A stretch of DNA of 64,000 nt from positions 736,001 to 800,000 of the forward strand of contig CAXXWS020000002.1 in the NCBI GenBank assembly GCA_963665325.3. Direction: 5' to 3'. Below the pieces are notes generated by a model. It did no database searches. It had not been told where the DNA came from and was given only the letters and a program-made list of their open reading frames with translations. Origin of the DNA: Alphaproteobacteria bacterium. GTDB taxonomy: Bacteria; Pseudomonadota; Alphaproteobacteria; Bin95. The stretch's first letter is position 1, and every line of letters begins with the position of its first letter. Position numbers and translations under genes: made by a program. Below are positions 21,227-29,219 of the stretch, in pieces.

Positions 21227-22426
21227 TCAGCCTGTATTGCGCCGGGCGGCGAGGACCGCGCCGAAGGAACAGAGAAAGGCGACGACAAGGAACGCGCCGC
21301 AGCCGAGGAACAGGAGCGCCGGCCAGTCCCGGTCCATCGTCCATCCGAACAGCAGCGGCGCCAGGCCGCCGCCGATGGAGAGGCCGACAAATACAAAGCC
21401 GATGACCCGGCCGGTGCTTCCGGGCGGCGTGATCCGCCTGAGCATCAGGTCGCGGGCCGGAAGCACAAGGCCCATCCCGAAGCCGGCGGCGCCCAGCAGT
21501 ACGGCGAGGCCGAGGGTGCCGATATCGGCGAAGGCCGCCAGCGCCGTCAGCACGCCGCCGCCTATCAGCGCCGCGCCGGTGAGCCGCACTTGCAGCCGCT
21601 CGCGGTCGGGCAACTCGCCGCCGGCAAGAATGCCGAAGGCGAGCGCCAGCAGGGCCGTCGTCAGCACCGCGCCGGCCGAGGCCGGGTCGAGGCCGTAGAG
21701 CTTGTCGAGCCCGATCACCGTGAATGCCATGATGCCGCCGCTCGCCATGCCGTATGCCGCGAAGAAACCGAAGAACAGCAGGATCGGCAGGGAAAGGCGC
21801 TGCGCCGGCGCGGCGTTCGGGGTGTCTTTCGGGCGGGGCGGGGAAGCGACGGCTGCGCCGCTCATCGCCATGACCGCCACGGTTGCGATGCCTGCCGCTC
21901 CGACCAGCATGACCGTGCTGCGCCAGCCCATCCATCCGGCCAGTGACGCTACGGTCAGGGGCGCGACCGCAGTCCCGAAGAACCCGAGGAAGGTGTGCAG
22001 GCTGTAGGCGCGCGGCAGGCGCCGTTCGCGGATGCGCGCGGCCAGCACGGCATAGTCGGCTGGATGGAAGACGCTGTTGCCGATGCCGGCCGTTATGGCG
22101 AGCAGCGCCAGCGCCCAATAGCTGGAAACGAACCCGATGGCGGCGATGGCGGCGGCGTTGAGCGCGAGGCCCGCCAGCAGCACCGGCCTGGCGCCCCAGC
22201 GGTCCACCGCCAGCCCGACCGGCGCCTGCAGCACGCCGCCGACCACGGCATAGCCGGTAACCAGCGCCCCTAGCAGGGCATAGCTCGCGCTGAATTCCTC
22301 CCGGAAGAACAGGAAGAGCGGCGGCAGGGTGAGCGCATAGAAATGGCTGAGGAAATGCCCGGCGCCGATCAGCGCAAGCGTCCGGGTTTCCCCGCGCGCC
22401 GCCCCCGCCTCCGCAGTCTGCGCCAT
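21227..22426 (-). CDS. MFS transporter
   Basis: About 12 TM segments, GLAVDRWGAR motif A, GNSVFHPA. Confidence 0.88.
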   Translation of the reverse strand: MAQTAEAGAARGETRTLALIGAGHFLSHFYALTLPPLFLFFREEFSASYALLGALVTGYAVVGGVLQAPVGLAVDRWGARPVLLAGLALNAAAIAAIGFVSSYWALALLAITAGIGNSVFHPADYAVLAARIRERRLPRAYSLHTFLGFFGTAVAPLTVASLAGWMGWRSTVMLVGAAGIATVAVMAMSGAAVASPPRPKDTPNAAPAQRLSLPILLFFGFFAAYGMASGGIMAFTVIGLDKLYGLDPASAGAVLTTALLALAFGILAGGELPDRERLQVRLTGAALIGGGVLTALAAFADIGTLGLAVLLGAAGFGMGLVLPARDLMLRRITPPGSTGRVIGFVFVGLSIGGGLAPLLFGWTMDRDWPALLFLGCGAFLVVAFLCSFGAVLAARRNTG

Positions 22427-22622
22427 CCTGGAATCCTCTCTACGCCGTTGTGCAATATGCCTGCCGGCACCCGGAGACGAAACCGGCGCACCCATCATCC
22501 GTTTGCCGCAGCAATATCATCCCCCTGACACCGCTTTGCAGGGCTTCGCGGCTTGCGCCTCCTCCATTTACGCACTTATGGTTATGCAGGATCGATTCGG
22601 GTCCGGTTGCAGGGAGGGTGTT

Positions 22623-23186
22623 GTGACGCCGCCTGTGGAGAGCGCGCCGACGCTGGTGCTCAATGCGGATTTCCGCCCGTTGAGCTATTTCCCGCTGTCG
22701 CTCTGGTCGTGGCAGGAGAGCATCAAGGCCGTGTTCCTCGACCGGGTGCAGGTGCTGGCGGAATACGAGCGCGAGGTGCGCTCGCCGACGCGCGCCATGC
22801 GGCTGCCCTCCGTCATCGCGCTCCGGGACTATGTAGCGCCGGCCCGCCACCCGGCCTTCACGCGGTTCAACGTGTTCCTGCGCGACCGCTTCGGCTGCCA
22901 GTATTGCGGCTCGCGGCTGCCGCCCGAGGACCTGACCTTCGATCATGTGCTGCCGCGTTCGCGCGGCGGGCGCACGGGCTGGACCAATGTCGTGGCCGCC
23001 TGCGGTCGCTGCAACCGCGCCAAGGGCGACCGGTTGCTCCGCGATTCCGGCATGCGCCTGCAGGCGGAGCCGGTGCGCCCGAGCGTCTGGCGCCTCCAGG
23101 AGAACGGGCGCCGGTTCCCGCCCAATTTCCTGCACGAAAGCTGGTCCGACTTCTTGTACTGGGACAGCGAACTCGAACAGGGCTGA
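22623..23186 (+). CDS. HNH endonuclease (McrA-like, conserved alphaproteobacterial type)
   Basis: LVLNADFRPLS, RDRFGCQYCG, TFDHVLPRSRGG, NVVAACGRCN..KG; GTG after GGGAGG. Confidence 0.88.
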   Translation: MTPPVESAPTLVLNADFRPLSYFPLSLWSWQESIKAVFLDRVQVLAEYEREVRSPTRAMRLPSVIALRDYVAPARHPAFTRFNVFLRDRFGCQYCGSRLPPEDLTFDHVLPRSRGGRTGWTNVVAACGRCNRAKGDRLLRDSGMRLQAEPVRPSVWRLQENGRRFPPNFLHESWSDFLYWDSELEQG

Positions 23187-23208
23187 CGCCTTTCCACCGC
23201 GTGGCCTG

Positions 23209-24450
23209 TCAAGCGAGGCTTTCCTCTATGCGGATGGCCTCGTTCCACTTCGCCATGCGCTCGGACCGGGCGAAGGAGCCGACCTTGAGGCCGGGCGCGC
23301 GCCAGCCGACCGCAAGATGCACAATGGTCACATCCTCGGTCTCGCCGGAGCGCGCCGAAACGATGCCGCCGAAGCCCGCCTGCCGCGCCGCGTCCCAGGC
23401 GGCCTTCGCCTCGGTGAGCGTGCCGCGCTGGTTGGGCTTGATGAGTAGCGTGTTTGCGGCGCCGCGCCGCGCCGCCTCTTCGACGCGCCGGGCGGAGGTC
23501 ACCAGCAGGTCGTCGCCGACCACCTGCACCCGGTCTCCGTGCTCCGCCGTGAACGCGGCGAAGCCTTCCCAGTCATCCTCGCCGAGCGGGTCCTCGACCG
23601 AGACGACGGGATAGCGCGCGAGCCACCCGCCGACCAGGCGGACCATGCCCTCGCTGTCCAGCTCCCGGTCCTCCAGTGCCAGCCGGTAGCGGCCGTTGCG
23701 CCCGAACTCGCTTGCCGCGACATCGAGCGCGATGGCGACCTGCTCGCCCGCGCGGAACCCGGCGCGCTCGATGGCACGGGCCAGCATGTCGAGGGCGGCC
23801 TCGTTGGTGTCGAAGTCGGGCCAGAAGCCGCCCTCGTCCGCCACGCCCCGCAGCCGCCCGGCCTCCGCCATCAGCAGGCCGGCGGTTCGATAGACCTCGG
23901 CGGTCCAGGCGCAGGCCTCTGCGAAACTCGCCGCGCCGGGCGCGGTCACCATGAAGTCCTGGATATCGACCCGCCGGCCCGCATGGGCGCCGCCGCCGAA
24001 AATCTGGATTTCCGGTGCGGGCAGCGAGACGGGCCCCTCGCCCGCAAGCCGGCGCCAGAGCGGCATGCCGGCCGCGTTTGCCGCCGCCCAGGCCGCCGCC
24101 ATCGACACCGCAACGCTGGCATTGGCGCCGAGCCGGGACTTGTCCTCCGTGCCGTCGAGCCCGATCAGCAGCGCGTCCAGCGCCTCCTGGTCCTCCACGC
24201 TCGCGCCCTGGAGCGCGGCGGCAATCTCGCCCTCGACGGCCGCCACGGCCTGCATGACGTCGAGCCCGCCGAAAGCCTGGCCGCCGTCGCGCCGGTCCAG
24301 CGCCTCGCCCGAGCCGGTCGAGGTCCCGGCGGGTGCAATCGCGCGGCCCGTCGCCCCGCCCGCCAGATGCACCTCGGCCTCCACCGTCGGCCGCCCGCGC
24401 GAGTCCCACACCCGGCGCCCGCGTACCCTCTCGATCTCGAACGCTCTCAC
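23209..24450 (-). CDS. eno: Enolase paralog with atypical active-site residues
   Basis: DSRGRPTVE, DEGGF, LDVAASE, VEDP, GDDL, LIKPNQ, RSERMAKWN; SARSGETED replaces SHRSGETED and IQDFM replaces IQEFM. Confidence 0.85.
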   Translation of the reverse strand: MRAFEIERVRGRRVWDSRGRPTVEAEVHLAGGATGRAIAPAGTSTGSGEALDRRDGGQAFGGLDVMQAVAAVEGEIAAALQGASVEDQEALDALLIGLDGTEDKSRLGANASVAVSMAAAWAAANAAGMPLWRRLAGEGPVSLPAPEIQIFGGGAHAGRRVDIQDFMVTAPGAASFAEACAWTAEVYRTAGLLMAEAGRLRGVADEGGFWPDFDTNEAALDMLARAIERAGFRAGEQVAIALDVAASEFGRNGRYRLALEDRELDSEGMVRLVGGWLARYPVVSVEDPLGEDDWEGFAAFTAEHGDRVQVVGDDLLVTSARRVEEAARRGAANTLLIKPNQRGTLTEAKAAWDAARQAGFGGIVSARSGETEDVTIVHLAVGWRAPGLKVGSFARSERMAKWNEAIRIEESLA

Positions 24451-24532
24451 TGTGCCGCTCCCTCTGCCGGGTCCGCATGAAAGACCGTCGTCTTCCTCGG
24501 GGAAAGGGTCGGGCGGCAGTACCCCTGCGATG

Positions 24533-24630
24533 TGTCATGAATTGTCATGTTTCGTTATGCGATGTCATGGGGCTGCCTGCGCAGGGCGCGTGTCCCGCGT
24601 CCGTTTTCGACATGCCATTCCTGCTCCTTC
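24533..24630 (-). repeat. Short copy of the CATGACA 10-bp-period element with RBS and 22-aa micro-ORF (24545..24613)
   Basis: Plus strand TGTCATG at 24533, 24543 and 24563, CGTTATG at 24553, TGCGCAGGG at 24578; minus-strand AAGGAG/AGGA then MSKTDAGHAPCAGSPMTSHNET*. Confidence 0.7.
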
Positions 24631-24644
24631 GCCTTCCGGAATCG

Positions 24645-24670
24645 AAAAGGCGGCCCCGAAGCCGCCTTTC
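24645..24670 (-). terminator. Rho-independent terminator downstream of the epimerase gene
   Basis: AAAGGCGGC-cccgaa-GCCGCCTTT inverted repeat; T-run on the minus strand. Confidence 0.7.
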
Positions 24671-24720
24671 CCCCGTTCCGGGCCTGACGCGCACCGGACG
24701 CCTTTTCGGGACCGCCGGTA

Positions 24721-25626
24721 TCAGCCCTCGGCCTGCACCGCCTCGATGATCTGGCGCACGCGGTCCCGGAAGGGTGCGTATTGGAGGCCGAACTCCTCTA
24801 CCAGCCTGCGGTTGTCGATCAGGAAATTACCGGAGCCGTCGCGGCCGCCGGTCTCGCTGTCGAACGAGATATCCGCGTCCGGCAGGAACTCGCGCACCAG
24901 CGCCGCGAGATTGCCCATCGAGATGGCGTGGCCGCCTGTGTTGTAGACCTGGTGGCGCGGCGCTTCGGCGAGCGTAACGCGCGCGAACGCCTCCGCCACG
25001 TCATCCACATGGATGGGCGCGCGCATCGCATCCGCATGGGGGAAGCTCACGGGCTCGCCGCGGGCCGGGAAGGTGACGCAGCGCACATGGTCGATGGAGC
25101 CGTAGATCTTGTCAGGTCCGGTCACGTTCGCCGGTCTGATCCCGGTGATCCTCATGCCGTACTTCCCGGTGTAGTCGCGCGCCTGCCACTCGTTGAAAAT
25201 CTTGTGCATGGCATACTGGTTGTCGCCGTAGCGATGGTCGTCCTCATCCGCCGCGCGCTCGCCGAAATGGCTCTGAAAGCCGCTGACGGCCAGAGAACTG
25301 GCATAGACAGTGTGCGCGACGCCGGCGAGCCGGGCGGCCTCGAAGCAGTTGCCCATGCCCAGAATGTCTAGCTTGAGCGCGATGCGCGGCGGCAGCTCGC
25401 CGATGAAATAGGCGAGGTTGACCAGCCGGTCGGGCTTCGTCTCCGCGACGAGCGCCATCACCTGGTCGAATTGGGTCACGTCCCCGCGCCGCGTCTCGGC
25501 CATATCGCCGAAGTCCGCCGCATCGGGGGCGATGTCCATCGCGATGACCTCCGCGCCCTGCGCCGCCAGCAGCGGCACCAGCCGGCGCCCGATAAAGCCG
25601 GTCCCCCCGACCACCAGAACCTTCAT
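24721..25626 (-). CDS. NAD-dependent epimerase/dehydratase (extended SDR)
   Basis: GGTGFIG, YASSLAV, YAMHK catalytic YxxxK. Confidence 0.88.
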   Translation of the reverse strand: MKVLVVGGTGFIGRRLVPLLAAQGAEVIAMDIAPDAADFGDMAETRRGDVTQFDQVMALVAETKPDRLVNLAYFIGELPPRIALKLDILGMGNCFEAARLAGVAHTVYASSLAVSGFQSHFGERAADEDDHRYGDNQYAMHKIFNEWQARDYTGKYGMRITGIRPANVTGPDKIYGSIDHVRCVTFPARGEPVSFPHADAMRAPIHVDDVAEAFARVTLAEAPRHQVYNTGGHAISMGNLAALVREFLPDADISFDSETGGRDGSGNFLIDNRRLVEEFGLQYAPFRDRVRQIIEAVQAEG

Positions 25627-25684
25627 GTCCTGTCCTCTCCCGTTCGAGCCGCCCCCTGAGCGGCAACCGTTTCGATAGAAGCAC

Positions 25685-25705
25685 ATTTCGATTCAGGCTC
25701 GAAAT
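25685..25705. promoter_or_regulatory. Palindromic operator candidate upstream of the epimerase
   Basis: ATTTCGA-N7-TCGAAAT perfect inverted repeat about 60 bp upstream of the ATG. Confidence 0.45.
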
Positions 25706-25753
25706 CCCCGCCCCGGCCCCGGCCTGCCGCCGAGCGGGGAAGCCCTCCGGATA

Positions 25754-26182
25754 TGTCATGGGATGTCATGTTTTGTCATGCGCAGGGTTCGTATGCTGCG
25801 GCCGGGCCGGGCCTGCAGCGGCCGTTTCGGTCCGGTGCTCCGGGTATTTGGTCCGGTTTTTCCGGCTTCCGGTTTCCGGCATCGGTCTCTCCTTTCGATC
25901 CGTCTTCGCTCCGTTTTCCCTGTGCCGGATGGGCCAGGCGGCGGGACCCTATTTTCGCGCGCAATCGCGCGCGGGCGGGCGGGTGCGTTGGCGCCGGCGC
26001 GGTTCGCGCGCCTGATTGCGCCTGTGTGCCCCCGCGCGCGAACCCGAGCGCAGGGCGCACCTTTCCTGTCCGCCCCCTCGGTGGTTTTTCGCGCCGGCGC
26101 CGGTGCGGGAGTGAGCGGCCTCCGGAAACCGCTCCCGGTCATTTGTTCTGGCTTTATTCTAACATACTTTGGCGAAACACAA
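25754..26182 (-). other. Long copy of the element: SOS-box promoter, structured leader, RBS, 38-aa micro-ORF (25766..25882), three CATGACA repeats
   Basis: TGTCATG at 25754, 25764 and 25774 with TGCGCAGGG at 25779; AAGGAG-N6-ATG at 25882; multiple inverted repeats in 25959-26134; TGT-TAGAAT extended -10. Confidence 0.6.
26145..26182 (-). promoter_or_regulatory. Extended -10 promoter overlapped by an alphaproteobacterial LexA-like box
   Basis: Plus strand GTTC-tggcttt-ATTC at 26145-26159 (consensus GTTC-N7-GTTC); minus strand TGn-TAGAAT at 26164-26156; weak -35 TTGTGT with a 15-bp spacer. Confidence 0.55.
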
Positions 26183-26251
26183 GTCCTTCGCCGGCATTTT
26201 TCAAGAATTTTGGGGCTTATATATCAGTTTACCCGGACCGCCTCTCCGCGA

Positions 26252-26440
26252 TTACTCCCACGGGCGATGAATTGGTGGCAGGCGTCGGGTGTCGCCGTGT
26301 GCCGCACGCCAGGTGTTCACCGCCCAGCGAAAGCAGACGTCGATGGGCCGCCCAGCCCACGGCATGAGCACTTTCACTAGAAACATGAACCACGCCAGCG
26401 CCAGCAGCAGGATGAGCGCCATCCATAGGAGGTCGGCCAT
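26252..26440 (-). CDS. Small hypothetical membrane protein (62 aa)
   Basis: N-terminal TM helix LLWMALILLLALAWFMFLV; starts 10 bp after the upstream micro-gene stop. Confidence 0.45.
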   Translation of the reverse strand: MADLLWMALILLLALAWFMFLVKVLMPWAGRPIDVCFRWAVNTWRAAHGDTRRLPPIHRPWE

Positions 26441-26449
26441 GCCGGTGGT

Positions 26450-26614
26450 CTATTCCACCTCCCCCTCGCGCCTGAGGTAGTCCCACTCCACCTTCGGCGG
26501 CCCGGCCATGATGGCGCGGGCGATATTCTCCGGGCTGTCCGGGATCGACTCCGGCATCCGCCGCGTCACGGGGCGTCCGCGCGGGCGCTTCGGCTGGTCC
26601 CGATGGTCGGTCAC
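26450..26614 (-). CDS. 54-aa basic protein with an AT-hook-like RPRGRP motif (not in ORF track)
   Basis: Manual translation MTDHRDQPKRPRGRPVTRRMPESIPDSPENIARAIMAGPPKVEWDYLRREGEVE*; GTG start with GAGGGAG RBS. Confidence 0.7.
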   Translation of the reverse strand: MTDHRDQPKRPRGRPVTRRMPESIPDSPENIARAIMAGPPKVEWDYLRREGEVE

Positions 26615-26704
26615 ATGCTGGGCTCCCTCGCTGCCTGCTCGGACGATACGCCCGCGCCGGGGAGGGCGGCGTGGGTGGGCCTCTCACCGTAGCCGCGTCC
26701 CCGG

Positions 26705-27289
26705 CTACCGGTTCCGCCGCATCCACCGCTCCCATTGCCGCTCTACCTTTCGCCGCTGCTGCAGCTTCCGCGCCTCGGGCAGCGGCAAGCCCCTCGCCTC
26801 GAACGTCCCCCTGCACCAGCGGGCTCTCGAATCTGCCCCGCAGCACCCGGCCCCACTGCGTCACCCGCCCCACTGCGTCACCCGCCCTTCCAGTCGGGCG
26901 GGCTCCCAGTGGGGCGAGCCGCCGAACGGAGGAGACAGGGACATGCGGGCGGTGACGAACCGCCCGTCCTCGCCTATCGCCACCCAGGGCGTCCGGTGCG
27001 GGTAGACTGGGCGCAGGTAGGGTCGGTGCGTCGGGCACGGCCAGTCCAGTCCCGACAGGGTGACGATCACGCGGGCTGGCTTGCCGTGGTAGCCGTCGAA
27101 ATGGAGCAGAGCCGCGACGAGCCCATCAGTCACCGGCAGTCCGGACGGGACGTGGATCGCCTCTACCCTGCCGTCCACGTAGGTCCGGGGCTTGCCGTCG
27201 AGCGGGAGATCGCGCGCCGCTAGAGGGGCCGCGAGCGCGCCCAATAAGCCCGCCGAAAGCGTGGTCAGGACGCGCCTCCTGGTCACCAC
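26705..27289 (-). pseudogene. Tat-signal hypothetical protein disrupted by a 17-bp tandem duplication and a probable +1 G
   Basis: TRRRVL signal; TGA at 26861 lies inside the duplication; the original frame resumes as GTFEARGLPLPEARKLQQRRKVERQWERWMRRNR* to TAG at 26705. Confidence 0.55.
26851..26884. repeat. Perfect 17-bp tandem duplication
   Basis: CCCCACTGCGTCACCCG at 26851-26867 and 26868-26884. Confidence 0.95.
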
Positions 27290-27564
27290 GGCCGGCTACG
27301 CCCACCTTGCGGACGGGCACCTTGTCGCGGCGGCAGAACAGGTTGGCTCGATCATTGCAGCGGCTATGGAATAAGCCCAACCACGTGGTCGCAGCAGTCT
27401 CCTTGCAATTCCAGACTGAAAAACATGAAACATTTATATAATTTAATACAATTATCACAATAAATATACACTATCTGCCGATGATCGGTGTTATGGTCGG
27501 TTGAGCCGAAGGCTTCGTTCTGGGCGGTTGATATTGCCCAGTGCTAATCAGGAGAGAGAGACGC

Positions 27565-28860
27565 ATGACATCCTTAGATGATCGATTGGCCCGAACTGCG
27601 ACTCTAGGCGTTGCTGCCGCATTCGCCCTGCTGACTCTTGCAGCCTGCGGTGGAGGCGGTGGAGGCGGACCCTCGTCGATGATGCCGCCCGGCGGTGGTG
27701 GCGGGAGTCAAACGATTCCGACGCGCGCTGTGGCCCTGACAGATTCGGTGACGGCGACCAACGCGGCCGCCGCAATCGCTCGGGCGGCCGAAGCCCAGCC
27801 TAGCGCCGGCAGCGTCACGCAGTCATCGAATGTCGACAGCAATAACATCACAACCGACGAGGTAGATATCACCGCGCAGTACGGGTCAGGCGGCCCCAGC
27901 TTCTCCATTCGTAACGGAACCGCGTGGTCTATCGGCACGAGCGACGGCAATCCCCGCCGGATCTCCGGTACCTCGCCGCCGTGGCAAGGCGACGAGTTGA
28001 GCAAGCGCATTAGCGGCGGCACGCTATACGTCGACGCTTATACGGACGTAGAGGCCCCCACTCAGGTCACGTCGGGCGGAACCTACGCGTTTACGTTTCC
28101 GACCATTACCGTTGGAGGTCAATTTACTAATCAAAACAGCAATATAGCCCTCCCTGCCACGCTGGATGGCGTTGCCGGCAGAGCGGCATGCACCGGTTGT
28201 TCGTTCGTATACACGACCGGACAACTTCAAATGGCGGCGGGGACGATGACGTTCACGCCCACAGATGGCTCCACTCCTACGACCCTCACGTCCGGAACGG
28301 TTACCAGCATGGTGGCGGATGCCGACTATTTGGCGGGCGGCGTGTGGCTGATTGTCCCCGACGATGCAACCAGCGCTGCCGACTTCGAGTTCGGTGCGTT
28401 CGCTGACGGCAACGATCCGTTTATGCAAAGCAACCTTGCCGCCGTCAGCGGCACCGCAACCTACGATGGGGATGCGACCGGCGTGTTTTCGGAGACCTCG
28501 GGTGGCTCCACCGAGATCGGGTACTTCGATGGCGATGTCCGGCTGACCGCGAATTTCGGAGACCCAAGCGGCCTCGGCACGATCAGCGGGTCGATCACCA
28601 ATTTCGAAGTCGACGGCTCTCCGGCAGACGGTACGTTGAATCTGGGAACCGCCGGCATCGGCTCGCAGGACAGCGGCTTCTTCAGAGGAGCGGTCACCGG
28701 TTCTGGCGATGGGCGCAGCTACACCGGCCACTGGGGCGGCCAGTTCTACGGAAACGGCGAGGCCGACGGCCGGCCGGGATCGGTTGCCGGGACGTTTGGC
28801 GGGCATTCCACGGACGATGCGGTGAACTTCGTCGGTGCCTTCGGCGCTCATAAGCAATAG
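27565..28860 (+). CDS. Surface lipoprotein with transferrin-binding-protein-like (TbpB/HpuA) C-terminal beta-barrel
   Basis: Lipobox LAAC plus poly-Gly linker; SGTATYDGDATG, LTANFG..GTISGSITNF, WGGQFYGN..PGSVAGTF..FVGAFGA terminal strands; atypical codon usage and AT-rich upstream region. Confidence 0.8.
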   Translation: MTSLDDRLARTATLGVAAAFALLTLAACGGGGGGGPSSMMPPGGGGGSQTIPTRAVALTDSVTATNAAAAIARAAEAQPSAGSVTQSSNVDSNNITTDEVDITAQYGSGGPSFSIRNGTAWSIGTSDGNPRRISGTSPPWQGDELSKRISGGTLYVDAYTDVEAPTQVTSGGTYAFTFPTITVGGQFTNQNSNIALPATLDGVAGRAACTGCSFVYTTGQLQMAAGTMTFTPTDGSTPTTLTSGTVTSMVADADYLAGGVWLIVPDDATSAADFEFGAFADGNDPFMQSNLAAVSGTATYDGDATGVFSETSGGSTEIGYFDGDVRLTANFGDPSGLGTISGSITNFEVDGSPADGTLNLGTAGIGSQDSGFFRGAVTGSGDGRSYTGHWGGQFYGNGEADGRPGSVAGTFGGHSTDDAVNFVGAFGAHKQ

Positions 28861-28885
28861 ACTGACCAACACGCTCCACAGACGT

Positions 28886-28920
28886 AGAAGGGCAGCCAGA
28901 CGGCTGCCCTTCTCATTTTT
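28886..28920 (+). terminator. Rho-independent terminator
   Basis: AGAAGGGCAGCC-agac-GGCTGCCCTTCT 12-bp stem then CATTTTT. Confidence 0.85.
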
Positions 28921-29219
28921 CCTCCAGCATCGAATCGTACACCAGCGTCCGCACTACCCGCAGCACCGCCGTCGGCATTGGTGTACACGCCGCTGCCGAC
29001 GGCACTGGCGGCCACAGCACGGAATTGCCGACAATGTGCGCGTTTCAGAAAGTTCCGGCCGGCAATTTCAGTAAGTCCCGGTCCGGGATGATGGGCGTAG
29101 GTGTAGGGTATCCTCGCCACTCGCCGCCCCGGCCGCCGCCTGTCCCCGCCCTCGAAGCGGGGCAGGCTGCCGGCGCGCCGTCCGGGCCCGCGAGCGGGGC
29201 CCTTACGGGCGAATTCGCT

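Noticed and set aside
24533-25780. TGTCATG repeats as Pho boxes or a CRISPR/guide array
   Set aside because: Period is 10 bp rather than the 11 bp of Pho boxes; units are 7 bp with 3-bp gaps, too short for spacers; no cas-like gene
25753-26380. Plus-strand ORFs starting in the repeats (MSWDVMFCH..., MSCFVM..., MGCHV...)
   Set aside because: Starts are a by-product of ATG in each repeat; no RBS, low-complexity products, and the promoter/RBS signals are on the minus strand
26861-26863. In-frame TGA as selenocysteine or programmed readthrough
   Set aside because: The TGA is created by the 17-bp duplication and the following codons look out of frame
29061-29113. Right inverted repeat matching 26212-26234
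   Set aside because: Only about 7 of the first 8 bases match at 29072-29079 and no target-site duplication follows
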